A program made the position numbers and the translations under genes. From the IMG/VR virus record IMGVR_UViG_3300017769_000001, positions 32,001-96,000 of that record: 64,000 bases of DNA; one strand, given 5' to 3'. Origin of the DNA: a virus. Every line of letters begins with the position of its first letter. Position 1 is the first letter of the stretch. The notes beneath the pieces were generated by a model. The model was not told the origin of the DNA and searched no databases. It worked only from the letters and a program-made list of their open reading frames with translations. Positions 19,321 through 25,806 of the stretch are shown in pieces.

Positions 19321-19863
19321 TTACAAATCCTTCAGTTCATTCATGATGAAAGCTTCTTCCAATGCTTGTTTGAGTTCGTTGCTGTCTTCTATTGCTTCAA
19401 ACCTTTTATTGAAGAAATGTTCGTGGAATCTCAGATACCCTTTATTATTCAACGCCGAGGTTTCTTTAATGACTTTTCTAACAGCCCTCAGAGTAGGATA
19501 ATCCGGATATAATTCTCTATCGCCTAGTAGTGGATTCGGAATTGCTTTCAAAGCACCGCTAGTCCTAAAAACGGTGATCGAACCGTCGGCATATGGGTGG
19601 TTCCCATACCATATATGCACCACTAGCCGACCAATGACAATGATTTTCTGCATATTACTTTCGTAAAAATCATCTATTCTTCCTTCCGATATCAACTTCC
19701 TGATCTCGCACAACATACAATAGAGAATCATCATGGTCTCTTTGTCTTTTGATATCCTTTTGAGTCGCCGATTAAAGAATATACACATGATGAAGTCTGG
19801 TGTTAAATACTTCTGGATCTTCCACCTTCTGCATCTTGCAGGCGTCATAAAGGATAGCATCAC
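19321..19863 (-). CDS. Hypothetical protein (C-terminal Leu-helix group)
   Basis: Operon packing. Confidence 0.65.
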   Translation of the reverse strand: MMLSFMTPARCRRWKIQKYLTPDFIMCIFFNRRLKRISKDKETMMILYCMLCEIRKLISEGRIDDFYESNMQKIIVIGRLVVHIWYGNHPYADGSITVFRTSGALKAIPNPLLGDRELYPDYPTLRAVRKVIKETSALNNKGYLRFHEHFFNKRFEAIEDSNELKQALEEAFIMNELKDL

Positions 19864-20129
19864 CGACCCCGGATAGTTTTAGTGATCTCCGCTTCTGCTT
19901 GCTTCACTGCGTCGATCAGCTGGTTGAGATTCTGTGCTGCTTCCATCGCATTCATACACTCTCGCTTCATCAGCTTGGTGGCAATTGCCTCGTATGAAGG
20001 ATGAAACGTCCTTGACTCAGTGATCTTATCATCGCCATCACGAGTCTTTCCGACCTTACGCTCAACCAAAATGAAGTCGTGTTCTCTCGGGCCTACTTCA
20101 ATAGCCCACTTCTCATTGAGTTCGATCAT
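19860..20129 (-). CDS. Hypothetical protein
   Basis: GAGG RBS before MIELNEK. Confidence 0.65.
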   Translation of the reverse strand: MIELNEKWAIEVGPREHDFILVERKVGKTRDGDDKITESRTFHPSYEAIATKLMKRECMNAMEAAQNLNQLIDAVKQAEAEITKTIRGR

Positions 20130-20278
20130 TTGAAATTCCTCTTGTTTGAATCCATTGTTCAACTGTTAGCCCATTATAGCACGAAAGATCCACATATCTC
20201 CAGCCCCTTTTGCTGTCCAAGTAAGCAAAAGATGTCTCGTCTATAAACGCGTAACGAACTCCCTTATACTCGCGTATT

Positions 20279-20473
20279 TCAGGAGTTCTTATGATAGTCG
20301 ACACCAAGCTCCAGCTCATTTAAAACCTCCTGTAGACGATCTGAGAGCCCTACACGACAGGAAGATATTTTAACCGGGTGGAAGCTCCCGCCATTAGGCG
20401 ATTCTTCTTTCGTATTCAGAATATCGAGAAGTTCAGTGACTGTCGCCTTGAGTTTCGCGTTATCTTGATTCAT
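20279..20473 (-). CDS. Hypothetical protein
   Basis: AGGAG RBS. Confidence 0.55.
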   Translation of the reverse strand: MNQDNAKLKATVTELLDILNTKEESPNGGSFHPVKISSCRVGLSDRLQEVLNELELGVDYHKNS

Positions 20474-20637
20474 TTTAATCTCCTTATGTCAATTGCATCC
20501 GCGTTATAGTCCCATGCAGCCCGGTCGATCTTATTAGTCGCCGTCCAAGCACTTTGAAAGAACCATACTCTTGCGATAGCATATCCAACAGGAACTCCGT
20601 TACGAACCAAGTTGGCAGTGTAAAATTTCTTGAACAT

Positions 20638-20697
20638 AAAAAAATCCCCTTTAAAATCCTAATATCGGATTCTAAAGGGGATTGCAGTAGATGTCAA
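20638..20697 (-). terminator. Terminator closing the tRNA operon, overlapped by a sigma70 promoter
   Basis: AATCCCCTTTAGAATCC..GGATTTTAAAGGGGATT plus T run; TTGACA-17-TAGAAT at 20697-20669. Confidence 0.7.
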
Positions 20698-20703
20698 TAC
20701 GAG

Positions 20704-20785
20704 AGTGATGTGAGAATCGAACTCACCAGAACATCAGAAGCGCATTTCCGGCGTCCCTCCAGTCAACCACTTCTCACAAACCACC
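20704..20785 (-). pseudogene. Degenerate tRNA-like element
   Basis: T arm GTGAG-TTCGATT-CTCAC and weak acceptor stem; no CCA or clear anticodon arm. Confidence 0.45.
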
Positions 20786-20828
20786 AACGCGCTGATGACT
20801 GTGATGTCAGACCTTATCACCCATAAAA

Positions 20829-20906
20829 TGGTGCCCATGGCATGGATTCGAACCTGCGACCTATCGCTTACAAGGCGATTGCTCTAACCAACTGAGCTAC
20901 ACGGGC
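20829..20906 (-). tRNA. tRNA-Thr(TGT)
   Basis: Cloverleaf, encoded CCA. Confidence 0.9.
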
Positions 20907-21091
20907 TTAAAAAATATGATGTAGTACACTGCTCCAACTGAACAGAAACTCATCGCAACATAAAACAAACAACGAGCAACAACCGCTTTAACTGACATGG
21001 TGTTGAATATCACTTCTGGTATGATTGCTATCAAATTAGCTACACAGCAAATCGAAACAAATAACAGAATCACCACAATCATCATTGTCAC
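20897..21091 (-). CDS. Small two-TM membrane protein
   Basis: Hydrophobic ORF between tRNAs. Confidence 0.45.
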   Translation of the reverse strand: MTMMIVVILLFVSICCVANLIAIIPEVIFNTMSVKAVVARCLFYVAMSFCSVGAVYYIIFFKPV

Positions 21092-21104
21092 CGTAGTTAT
21101 GTAA

Positions 21105-21179
21105 TGGAATCACTGACCGGACTCGAACCGATGTATTACGGGTTGCAACCGCACGCATAACCAACTCTGCCACAGTGAT
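21105..21179 (-). tRNA. tRNA-Cys(GCA)
   Basis: Cloverleaf, U73, CCA. Confidence 0.9.
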
Positions 21180-21180
21180 A

Positions 21181-21256
21181 TGGAAAGGGTGCTCGGACTC
21201 GAACCGAGGATTACCAGAATCAAAATCTGGTGCCTTACCAACTTGGCTACACCCTA
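21181..21256 (-). tRNA. tRNA-Gln(TTG)
   Basis: Cloverleaf, CCA. Confidence 0.9.
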
Positions 21257-21352
21257 TCAAAATGTGGGAGTGAACCGCAAATCCTCCCTACCCTGTGGTT
21301 CGGCTAAAGCTAGAAGACAAAAAGGCCGATTGCAGGTTTTCAAGTTGTTTAT

Positions 21353-21455
21353 CGCATCGCCAGTCAAGGACTCGAACCTTGTCTCCCGGTTGTCTCCTTC
21401 CCTAGTGTTGGGCGAGTCCAGCCAGTTTGCTCCAATACACCACATAGGCGATGCG
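21353..21455 (-). ncRNA. tRNA-mimic RNA with 9-bp closing stem and T arm, no CCA
   Basis: CGCATCGCC/GGCGATGCG; CAAGG-TTCGAGT-CCTTG. Confidence 0.55.
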
Positions 21456-21471
21456 TCTTACTCGAAGGGCA

Positions 21472-21831
21472 CTACCCCTTCTTTCTGAAATCGTTCAACG
21501 TTTTCTTTGAAACGTCGAGTATTTTCAATGTTTCTTCGGGCTTCCAAGTCACGCAACTCGGCTCACTCGAAGGTTCATATCTGTTAGAGTACACGTATCC
21601 GTTAACCGAGTCAACCTCTTTTTCGAAAACAGACCGCCAGTCATAACCGTGATCAATTTCCTCTACAAACCGACTCGTATCAACTTCTACTCTGTGAAGG
21701 AAAAACTCAGAGTTCCTTCCGATCTTCCGAGCAACCGCTTCCAGAGCACTTTCCAGAGATCCAACATGAACACCCTGTTCTGTACACCGGAATCGACTTA
21801 TGAGTACCGGCGATGCATGATACGCTATCAT
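21472..21831 (-). CDS. Small ART-PolyVal-like protein inside the tRNA operon
   Basis: AYHAS, GVHVGS..SA, GYVY.NRYE. Confidence 0.55.
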   Translation of the reverse strand: MIAYHASPVLISRFRCTEQGVHVGSLESALEAVARKIGRNSEFFLHRVEVDTSRFVEEIDHGYDWRSVFEKEVDSVNGYVYSNRYEPSSEPSCVTWKPEETLKILDVSKKTLNDFRKKG

Positions 21832-22109
21832 GGTGCTGGTTTCTCTGCGGATCCTTTCCTTCCCTCTGCAACGTATCCGGATTCGAAATTCGGAAGCTGC
21901 ATTACAGGTTCAGTACTGATAACCTCCAGCCGCGTTACATCCATCCATGACGACATGTTATACTCGCCTTTCTCATCGGCTTTCATAGTCAACACAGCCT
22001 GAATGCATCCGTAAAGGTCAAAGGAAACCGTGGTGACAACCCCTTCGATACCAGTTACTTTGTCTTTCGCACGATAACCAAGAAGATTCAGATGACTGTT
22101 TACGCTCAT
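21828..22109 (-). CDS. Hypothetical phage protein
   Basis: LG..AKDKVTG..GVVT...DLYGC.Q, W.D..RL family motif. Confidence 0.75.
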   Translation of the reverse strand: MSVNSHLNLLGYRAKDKVTGIEGVVTTVSFDLYGCIQAVLTMKADEKGEYNMSSWMDVTRLEVISTEPVMQLPNFESGYVAEGRKGSAEKPAP

Positions 22110-22141
22110 AATGCTTACTCGTTTGGTTGTGTTTAACGGTA

Positions 22142-22243
22142 ATGCCCTTACAGGGTACGCCTGCCCGATTCACGAGAGTCACATGGCGCGCTTTCCATGC
22201 TTCGGCGGTTGTTTTGTTTCCGCCACGCACCCTGTAAGGACAC
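22142..22243 (-). ncRNA. Structured RNA, 18-bp closing stem with multibranch head
   Basis: GTGTCCTTACAGGGTGCG/CGTACCCTGTAAGGGCAT with G-U pairs; inner hairpins. Confidence 0.65.
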
Positions 22244-22250
22244 TTTAAAT

Positions 22251-22344
22251 TGGTGGGGCCGGTTGGAATCGAACCAACGTTGTGTCATTGTGCCGGTTTT
22301 ACAGACCGGAGAGGAACATACACCCAGCGTCCTCAAACGTCCCC
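22251..22344 (-). tRNA. tRNA-Tyr(GTA), atypical enlarged D arm
   Basis: CCGGT-CTGTAAA-ACCGG anticodon arm, T arm, CCA. Confidence 0.8.
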
Positions 22345-22348
22345 AAAA

Positions 22349-22426
22349 TGGTAGCGGGAGAGGGATTCGAACCCCCGTCATTTGGCTTATGAGACCAAGC
22401 TGGAACCAACTCCAGTCCACCCCGCG
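22349..22426 (-). tRNA. tRNA-Met(CAT), initiator-like
   Basis: CGCGGGG 5' end with 1:72 mismatch, CCA. Confidence 0.85.
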
Positions 22427-22430
22427 TCAA

Positions 22431-22560
22431 ATGTTATTTGGCAATCGCTTGCTGGCCTGAATGGGCAGACCTTAACCTGTAGCCGAGTCAGGTTCCCTCT
22501 CCCTTTGCTCAACATCTTTCGGGCTATATTGCAAAGGAACAAGCGATTCCCAAATAACAT
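22431..22560 (-). ncRNA. Structured RNA, four-way junction with probable kissing loops
   Basis: ~21-bp closing stem, three hairpins, complementary loops. Confidence 0.7.
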
Positions 22561-22633
22561 CTTTAGATCCGCCCTCGCCCACGACCCTTGCAAGGTTCGA
22601 TAATCGTGGGCTAGGACTTGCCAACTCACTTGA

Positions 22634-22719
22634 TGGTTCCAAACAGGACTTGCACCCCTCGAACGCGCTATGCAGGAATCGAACCCAGCATCAAGATCGT
22701 TGACCATTTCGTTAGAACC
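22634..22719 (-). ncRNA. CCA-ending tRNA-like RNA with two T-loop-like hairpins
   Basis: GGTTCTAAC..GTTTGGAACCA; GGTTCGATTCC and GGTGCAAGTCC. Confidence 0.45.
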
Positions 22720-22744
22720 CATTCTACACTGATGAATGAACTCT

Positions 22745-22880
22745 GTCAACTGGCGCCTCCGTTGTTTTTTACAAGGCGGAAGCAAACCTCCTTGAAGCAG
22801 TTCCCGTGGCTTACCCAACTCGTTGATCCGACGAGCCTAATACGCTTGCCACTTCGGTATACACCCATGCTTAGGGTATA
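22745..22880 (-). ncRNA. Probable structured RNA
   Basis: Nested stems GTGGC/GCCAC, GGCTCGT/ACGAGTT, GCTTCCG/CGGAGGC, AACTG/CAGTT; no credible ORF. Confidence 0.45.
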
Positions 22881-22882
22881 TT

Positions 22883-22960
22883 TGGTAGGGGCGGTGAGAC
22901 TCGAACTCACGACCTACTGGTTAAAAGCCAGTTGCTGCTAACCAACTGAGCTACGCCCCT
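22883..22960 (-). tRNA. tRNA-Lys(TTT)
   Basis: Cloverleaf, CCA. Confidence 0.9.
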
Positions 22961-22975
22961 ATGTCCTTATTAATT

Positions 22976-23051
22976 TGGTAGTCGGAGTAGGAATCGAACC
23001 CACGTAGAACGGTATGTAAAACCGCCGCATAAGCCACTCTGCCATCCGACT
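22976..23051 (-). tRNA. tRNA-Val(TAC)
   Basis: Cloverleaf, CCA. Confidence 0.85.
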
Positions 23052-23055
23052 GAAT

Positions 23056-23134
23056 TGGTGTGAAGGACGAGAATCGAACTCGCGTATACAAGGGTCACAA
23101 CCTTGCGCCTTAACCAACATCGGCCACCTTCACC
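23056..23134 (-). tRNA. tRNA-His(GTG)
   Basis: Cloverleaf with G-1, CCA. Confidence 0.9.
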
Positions 23135-23140
23135 ACAACG

Positions 23141-23401
23141 TTACTTTACGCTGTAACATGCTGTTCCGGTTGCATTCTCGTTCCCAGCGACGAAAACACA
23201 CCGAACGTCGTCGCTGAAAGCAGGCGTCCATTCATAGACGCGAACATCGAACCCATGGGTCTCCAGTTTATACTTCACATCGGAATCCCGAGTAGTCCAT
23301 GACATCGTCACTGCACTGTCAAGCCACCCCGCGTTTACAGCTGCGATTGATGAAAAACTGATCGCAACTGCTGCCAGTACTACAAAGAAAAGCTTCTTCA
23401 T
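23141..23401 (-). CDS. Small secreted protein
   Basis: Signal peptide MKKLFFVVLAAVA, AGGAG RBS, RVYEWTP..C motif. Confidence 0.75.
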   Translation of the reverse strand: MKKLFFVVLAAVAISFSSIAAVNAGWLDSAVTMSWTTRDSDVKYKLETHGFDVRVYEWTPAFSDDVRCVFVAGNENATGTACYSVK

Positions 23402-23426
23402 TACTCTCTCCTGCTTTGGTTGTGGA

Positions 23427-23561
23427 TTGTGACGACTCAAGCTTACAAGGAATCCCGCTTAACGCTTCACACGGCATAAGACTCACACTAACCGTGTACC
23501 CTGCCACACCGGAGTCCCGGCGTTTCTTGATAAGGCATTACTCAAATGAGTGCCGTCACAA
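23427..23561 (-). ncRNA. Structured RNA immediately 3' of tRNA-Ile
   Basis: Closing stem TTGTGACGGC/GTCGTCACAA; inner TACACGGT/GCCGTGTG and CGCCGG/CCGGTG. Confidence 0.55.
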
Positions 23562-23563
23562 AA

Positions 23564-23639
23564 TGGTGCTAGGATCTGGATTCGAACCAGAGACCAATCG
23601 CTTATCAAGCGAACGTTCTACCAACTGAACTATCCTAGC
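23564..23639 (-). tRNA. tRNA-Ile(GAT)
   Basis: Cloverleaf, CCA. Confidence 0.9.
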
Positions 23640-23856
23640 GCAAACGTTTGTCGTTAACACGAACAAAATCAAAAACCAATCGATGTAGTGATGTAAGTTC
23701 TTCTTCACTCATTTCTTTCTTACGACCGCACCGCTCACAAACTTTGTATTTCGTAACTCTCAGTAGAGACCGATACGGGTGACTGGGGTCGATCCGAAGC
23801 TTTTTATACTTATGGAATCCAACCACACACTTAAACGGTTTCATTTCTAACACCAT
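23635..23856 (-). CDS. Small C..G.H / CxRC zinc-binding phage protein
   Basis: C.VGFHKY..CERCG. Confidence 0.6.
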   Translation of the reverse strand: MVLEMKPFKCVVGFHKYKKLRIDPSHPYRSLLRVTKYKVCERCGRKKEMSEEELTSLHRLVFDFVRVNDKRLR

Positions 23857-24124
23857 CTACTTCGTCGATATACCGCTGTGGTACTTTCTGACCAGAACAA
23901 AACTGGGTCGAAATCTCTGACTTGGAGTTCACATAAACATACCCACGTTCAATAACTCCGACTTCCTCGTTATAACGGTCGCGTACCAGTGCGATGTCTT
24001 TCCGATGATAATCCTTCTCTTCCATCAGAGCTTCTGAATAACTGTCGACTTTGTAGGTGTCTTGAATATCACCATGTTCGTCCACCTGCTCGACAACCCA
24101 TTCATAGGAAACTTTGTTTTTCAT
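23831..24124 (-). CDS. Hypothetical protein
   Basis: GGGAG RBS; own promoter TTGACA-17-AATAAT at 24183-24155. Confidence 0.7.
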   Translation of the reverse strand: MKNKVSYEWVVEQVDEHGDIQDTYKVDSYSEALMEEKDYHRKDIALVRDRYNEEVGVIERGYVYVNSKSEISTQFCSGQKVPQRYIDEVDGVRNETV

Positions 24125-24192
24125 GACATCTCCCAGAAGTTCTAGTGAGATTGAATTATTTCACAATAGAGTTTCGATGTCAACAAGAATTT

Positions 24193-24269
24193 TGGTCGGA
24201 GTAGTAGGACTCGAACCTACGACCCTCTGCTCCCAAAGCAGATGCGCTACCAGACTGCGCTATACTCCG
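24193..24269 (-). tRNA. tRNA-Pro(TGG)
   Basis: Canonical cloverleaf, CCA. Confidence 0.95.
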
Positions 24270-24273
24270 ATGT

Positions 24274-24353
24274 TGGCACCCCCGGTAGGAATCGAACCCA
24301 CATGTGTCCAGTTAGCCTTTCTACTGGTTCGTAGCCAGAGGGCATACAGGGGT
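24274..24353 (-). tRNA. D-armless tRNA-Arg(ACG)-like RNA
   Basis: Acceptor stem, T arm, CCA and CTGG-CTACGAA-CCAG arm present; no D arm; ~20-nt extra region. Confidence 0.65.
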
Positions 24354-24359
24354 ATTAAA

Positions 24360-24435
24360 TGGTGGAACGACAGGGACTCGAACCCTGAACCTGAGCCTTG
24401 CAAAGACCCTGCTCTCCCAGTTGAGCTATCATCCC
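24360..24435 (-). tRNA. tRNA-Ala(TGC)
   Basis: G3:U70, CCA. Confidence 0.9.
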
Positions 24436-24436
24436 G

Positions 24437-24538
24437 AGTATACATTGATCCTGCCTCTATGGCAATCCAAGCGATTCGTATAGGTCAGTGCCAACCAACC
24501 ACAACACACGCCCAGTAAAGGCAGGATCAATGTATACT
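24437..24538 (-). ncRNA. RNA with perfect 20-bp closing stem and ~60-nt head
   Basis: AGTATACATTGATCCTGCCT/AGGCAGGATCAATGTATACT. Confidence 0.65.
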
Positions 24539-24543
24539 TAAAT

Positions 24544-24642
24544 TGGCGGAAGGACAGGGATTCGAACCCTGACGTCTACTCACGTAAACCCTCGGTTTTC
24601 AAGACCGCTGCCGCTACCCAGACTCTTTCGGCTTACCCTTCC
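24544..24642 (-). tRNA. tRNA-Ser(TGA), enlarged D loop
   Basis: Long variable arm, G73, CCA. Confidence 0.9.
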
Positions 24643-24651
24643 AAAATTAAA

Positions 24652-24757
24652 TGCAGGTTGGTGTCTCAAACCAAGAAATCCCGAACCCTGAACTGAGACA
24701 TTGGCAGTCTGTCGCGAATCGACACTTCCGCTCAGTTCTTTGAGGATTTTACCTGCA
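24652..24757 (-). ncRNA. Structured RNA between tRNA-Trp and tRNA-Ser
   Basis: TGCAGGT/ACCTGCA, AAATCCT/GGGATTT, GAACTGAG/CTCAGTTC, TTGGT/ACCAA. Confidence 0.6.
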
Positions 24758-24760
24758 ATG

Positions 24761-24832
24761 TGGCACTCTGTCAAGGATTCGAACCCTGCACGGCGAAGTT
24801 TGGAGCCTCGCCTGCCCCCAAGAGCCCAGAGC
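24761..24832 (-). tRNA. Atypical tRNA-Trp(CCA): minimal D arm, 7-bp anticodon stem
   Basis: GGCGAGG-CTCCAAA-CTTCGCC, T arm, G73, CCA. Confidence 0.7.
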
Positions 24833-24838
24833 ATAAAT

Positions 24839-24914
24839 TGGCTGGCGAAACAGGGCTCGAACCTGTGACCGTCTCCTTAACAGGGAGCTGCTCTACCAAC
24901 TGAGCTACACGCCA
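24839..24914 (-). tRNA. tRNA-Asn(GTT)
   Basis: Cloverleaf, CCA. Confidence 0.9.
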
Positions 24915-24925
24915 ATAAACTTACC

Positions 24926-25014
24926 TTTGAATAGAGATCTGATCGGACTTGGGTATCTAATCGACTCCGACCCCTCAAGTCTTCAACTCGATATTGGTCA
25001 GATCCCTAATCAAA
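24926..25014 (-). ncRNA. Rod-like structured RNA
   Basis: TTTGATTAGGGATCTGA/TCAGATCTCTATTCAAA and GACTTG/CAAGTC. Confidence 0.55.
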
Positions 25015-25045
25015 ACCCATCAGTTTACGCCTGATGGGACGCGTT

Positions 25046-25121
25046 TGGTGGAACCGGCTGGGATCGAACCAGCGACCACAAGATCTTCAATCAAGCACTC
25101 TACCAGCTGAGTTACAGTTCC
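25046..25121 (-). tRNA. tRNA-Phe(GAA), two U-U mismatches in anticodon stem
   Basis: Cloverleaf, CCA. Confidence 0.85.
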
Positions 25122-25125
25122 ATGA

Positions 25126-25200
25126 TGGTATCCCTTACCGGATTCGAACCGGTGTTACCGCCTTGAAAGGGCAGCGTCCTAACCGCTAGACGAAAGGGAC
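25126..25200 (-). tRNA. tRNA-Glu(TTC)
   Basis: Cloverleaf, CCA. Confidence 0.95.
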
Positions 25201-25205
25201 ATAAT

Positions 25206-25282
25206 TGGCGACTCCTACCGGGATCGAACCGGTGACCTTCCGCGTGACAGGCGGGTGCTCTAACCATCTGAGCTAAGGAGCC
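25206..25282 (-). tRNA. tRNA-Asp(GTC)
   Basis: Cloverleaf, CCA. Confidence 0.95.
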
Positions 25283-25351
25283 ATTGTATAGTGATAGAAG
25301 TTTGAAATTCTACCATGATCCTATACAAAGATCAAACTTAATTTCTTATTT

Positions 25352-25440
25352 TGGCGGTGAGTGTAGGACTCGAACCTACGCACCCCTTTCGGGATGTACG
25401 ACTTAGCAGGCCGCTGCATTACCAACTCTGCCAACTCACC
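25352..25440 (-). tRNA. tRNA-Ser(GCT)
   Basis: Long variable arm, CCA. Confidence 0.95.
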
Positions 25441-25446
25441 TAAAAA

Positions 25447-25523
25447 TGGTACGGGAGGTGAGACTCGAACTCACAAACTTCGGAACCTAAATCCGACGGC
25501 TATGCCAATTCGCCTACTCCCGC
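25447..25523 (-). tRNA. tRNA-Leu(TAG), short variable arm
   Basis: Cloverleaf, CCA. Confidence 0.9.
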
Positions 25524-25524
25524 A

Positions 25525-25600
25525 TGGTTGTGGGTGCTGGACTCGAACCAGCGACCTATAGGATATGAACCTACTGCTCTACCAACTGAGCTAACCCACA
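25525..25600 (-). tRNA. tRNA-CAT (elongator Met or Ile2)
   Basis: Cloverleaf, CCA. Confidence 0.9.
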
Positions 25601-25611
25601 AAACTTTCCAA

Positions 25612-25626
25612 CAATGTTAAAGAACG
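25612..25626 (-). promoter_or_regulatory. boxA antitermination element
   Basis: CGTTCTTTAACA versus rrn boxA TGCTCTTTAACA. Confidence 0.75.
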
Positions 25627-25646
25627 CGACACTAATGGTCAAAAAT

Positions 25647-25721
25647 TGGAGCGGGTAATCGGTCTCGAACCGATCCACGGAGGGTGGAAGCCTCCCGCTC
25701 TACCAACTGAGCTATACCCGC
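25647..25721 (-). tRNA. tRNA-Gly(TCC), first tRNA of the operon
   Basis: Cloverleaf, U73, CCA. Confidence 0.9.
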
Positions 25722-25740
25722 AAAACTTTTTCAACTTCCT

Positions 25741-25775
25741 AAAACGAGAAAACCCTTCTTGTTTGAAGGGCTTTC
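25741..25775 (-). terminator. Attenuator terminator (3:4 hairpin)
   Basis: GAAAGCCCTTC-AAACAA-GAAGGGTTTTC then TCGTTTT, 20 nt before tRNA-Gly. Confidence 0.75.
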
Positions 25776-25806
25776 AGAAAACTTACGTGTGTTTACTCTA
25801 CGTACG

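Noticed and set aside
22142-25014. Long-stem RNAs as retron msr-msd
   Set aside because: No reverse transcriptase in the window and no recognisable msd hairpin; kept as unknown ncRNAs
20829-25721. Theta (HDV-like) ribozymes at tRNA 3' ends
   Set aside because: I could not find the nested double-pseudoknot core; the tRNAs already encode CCA
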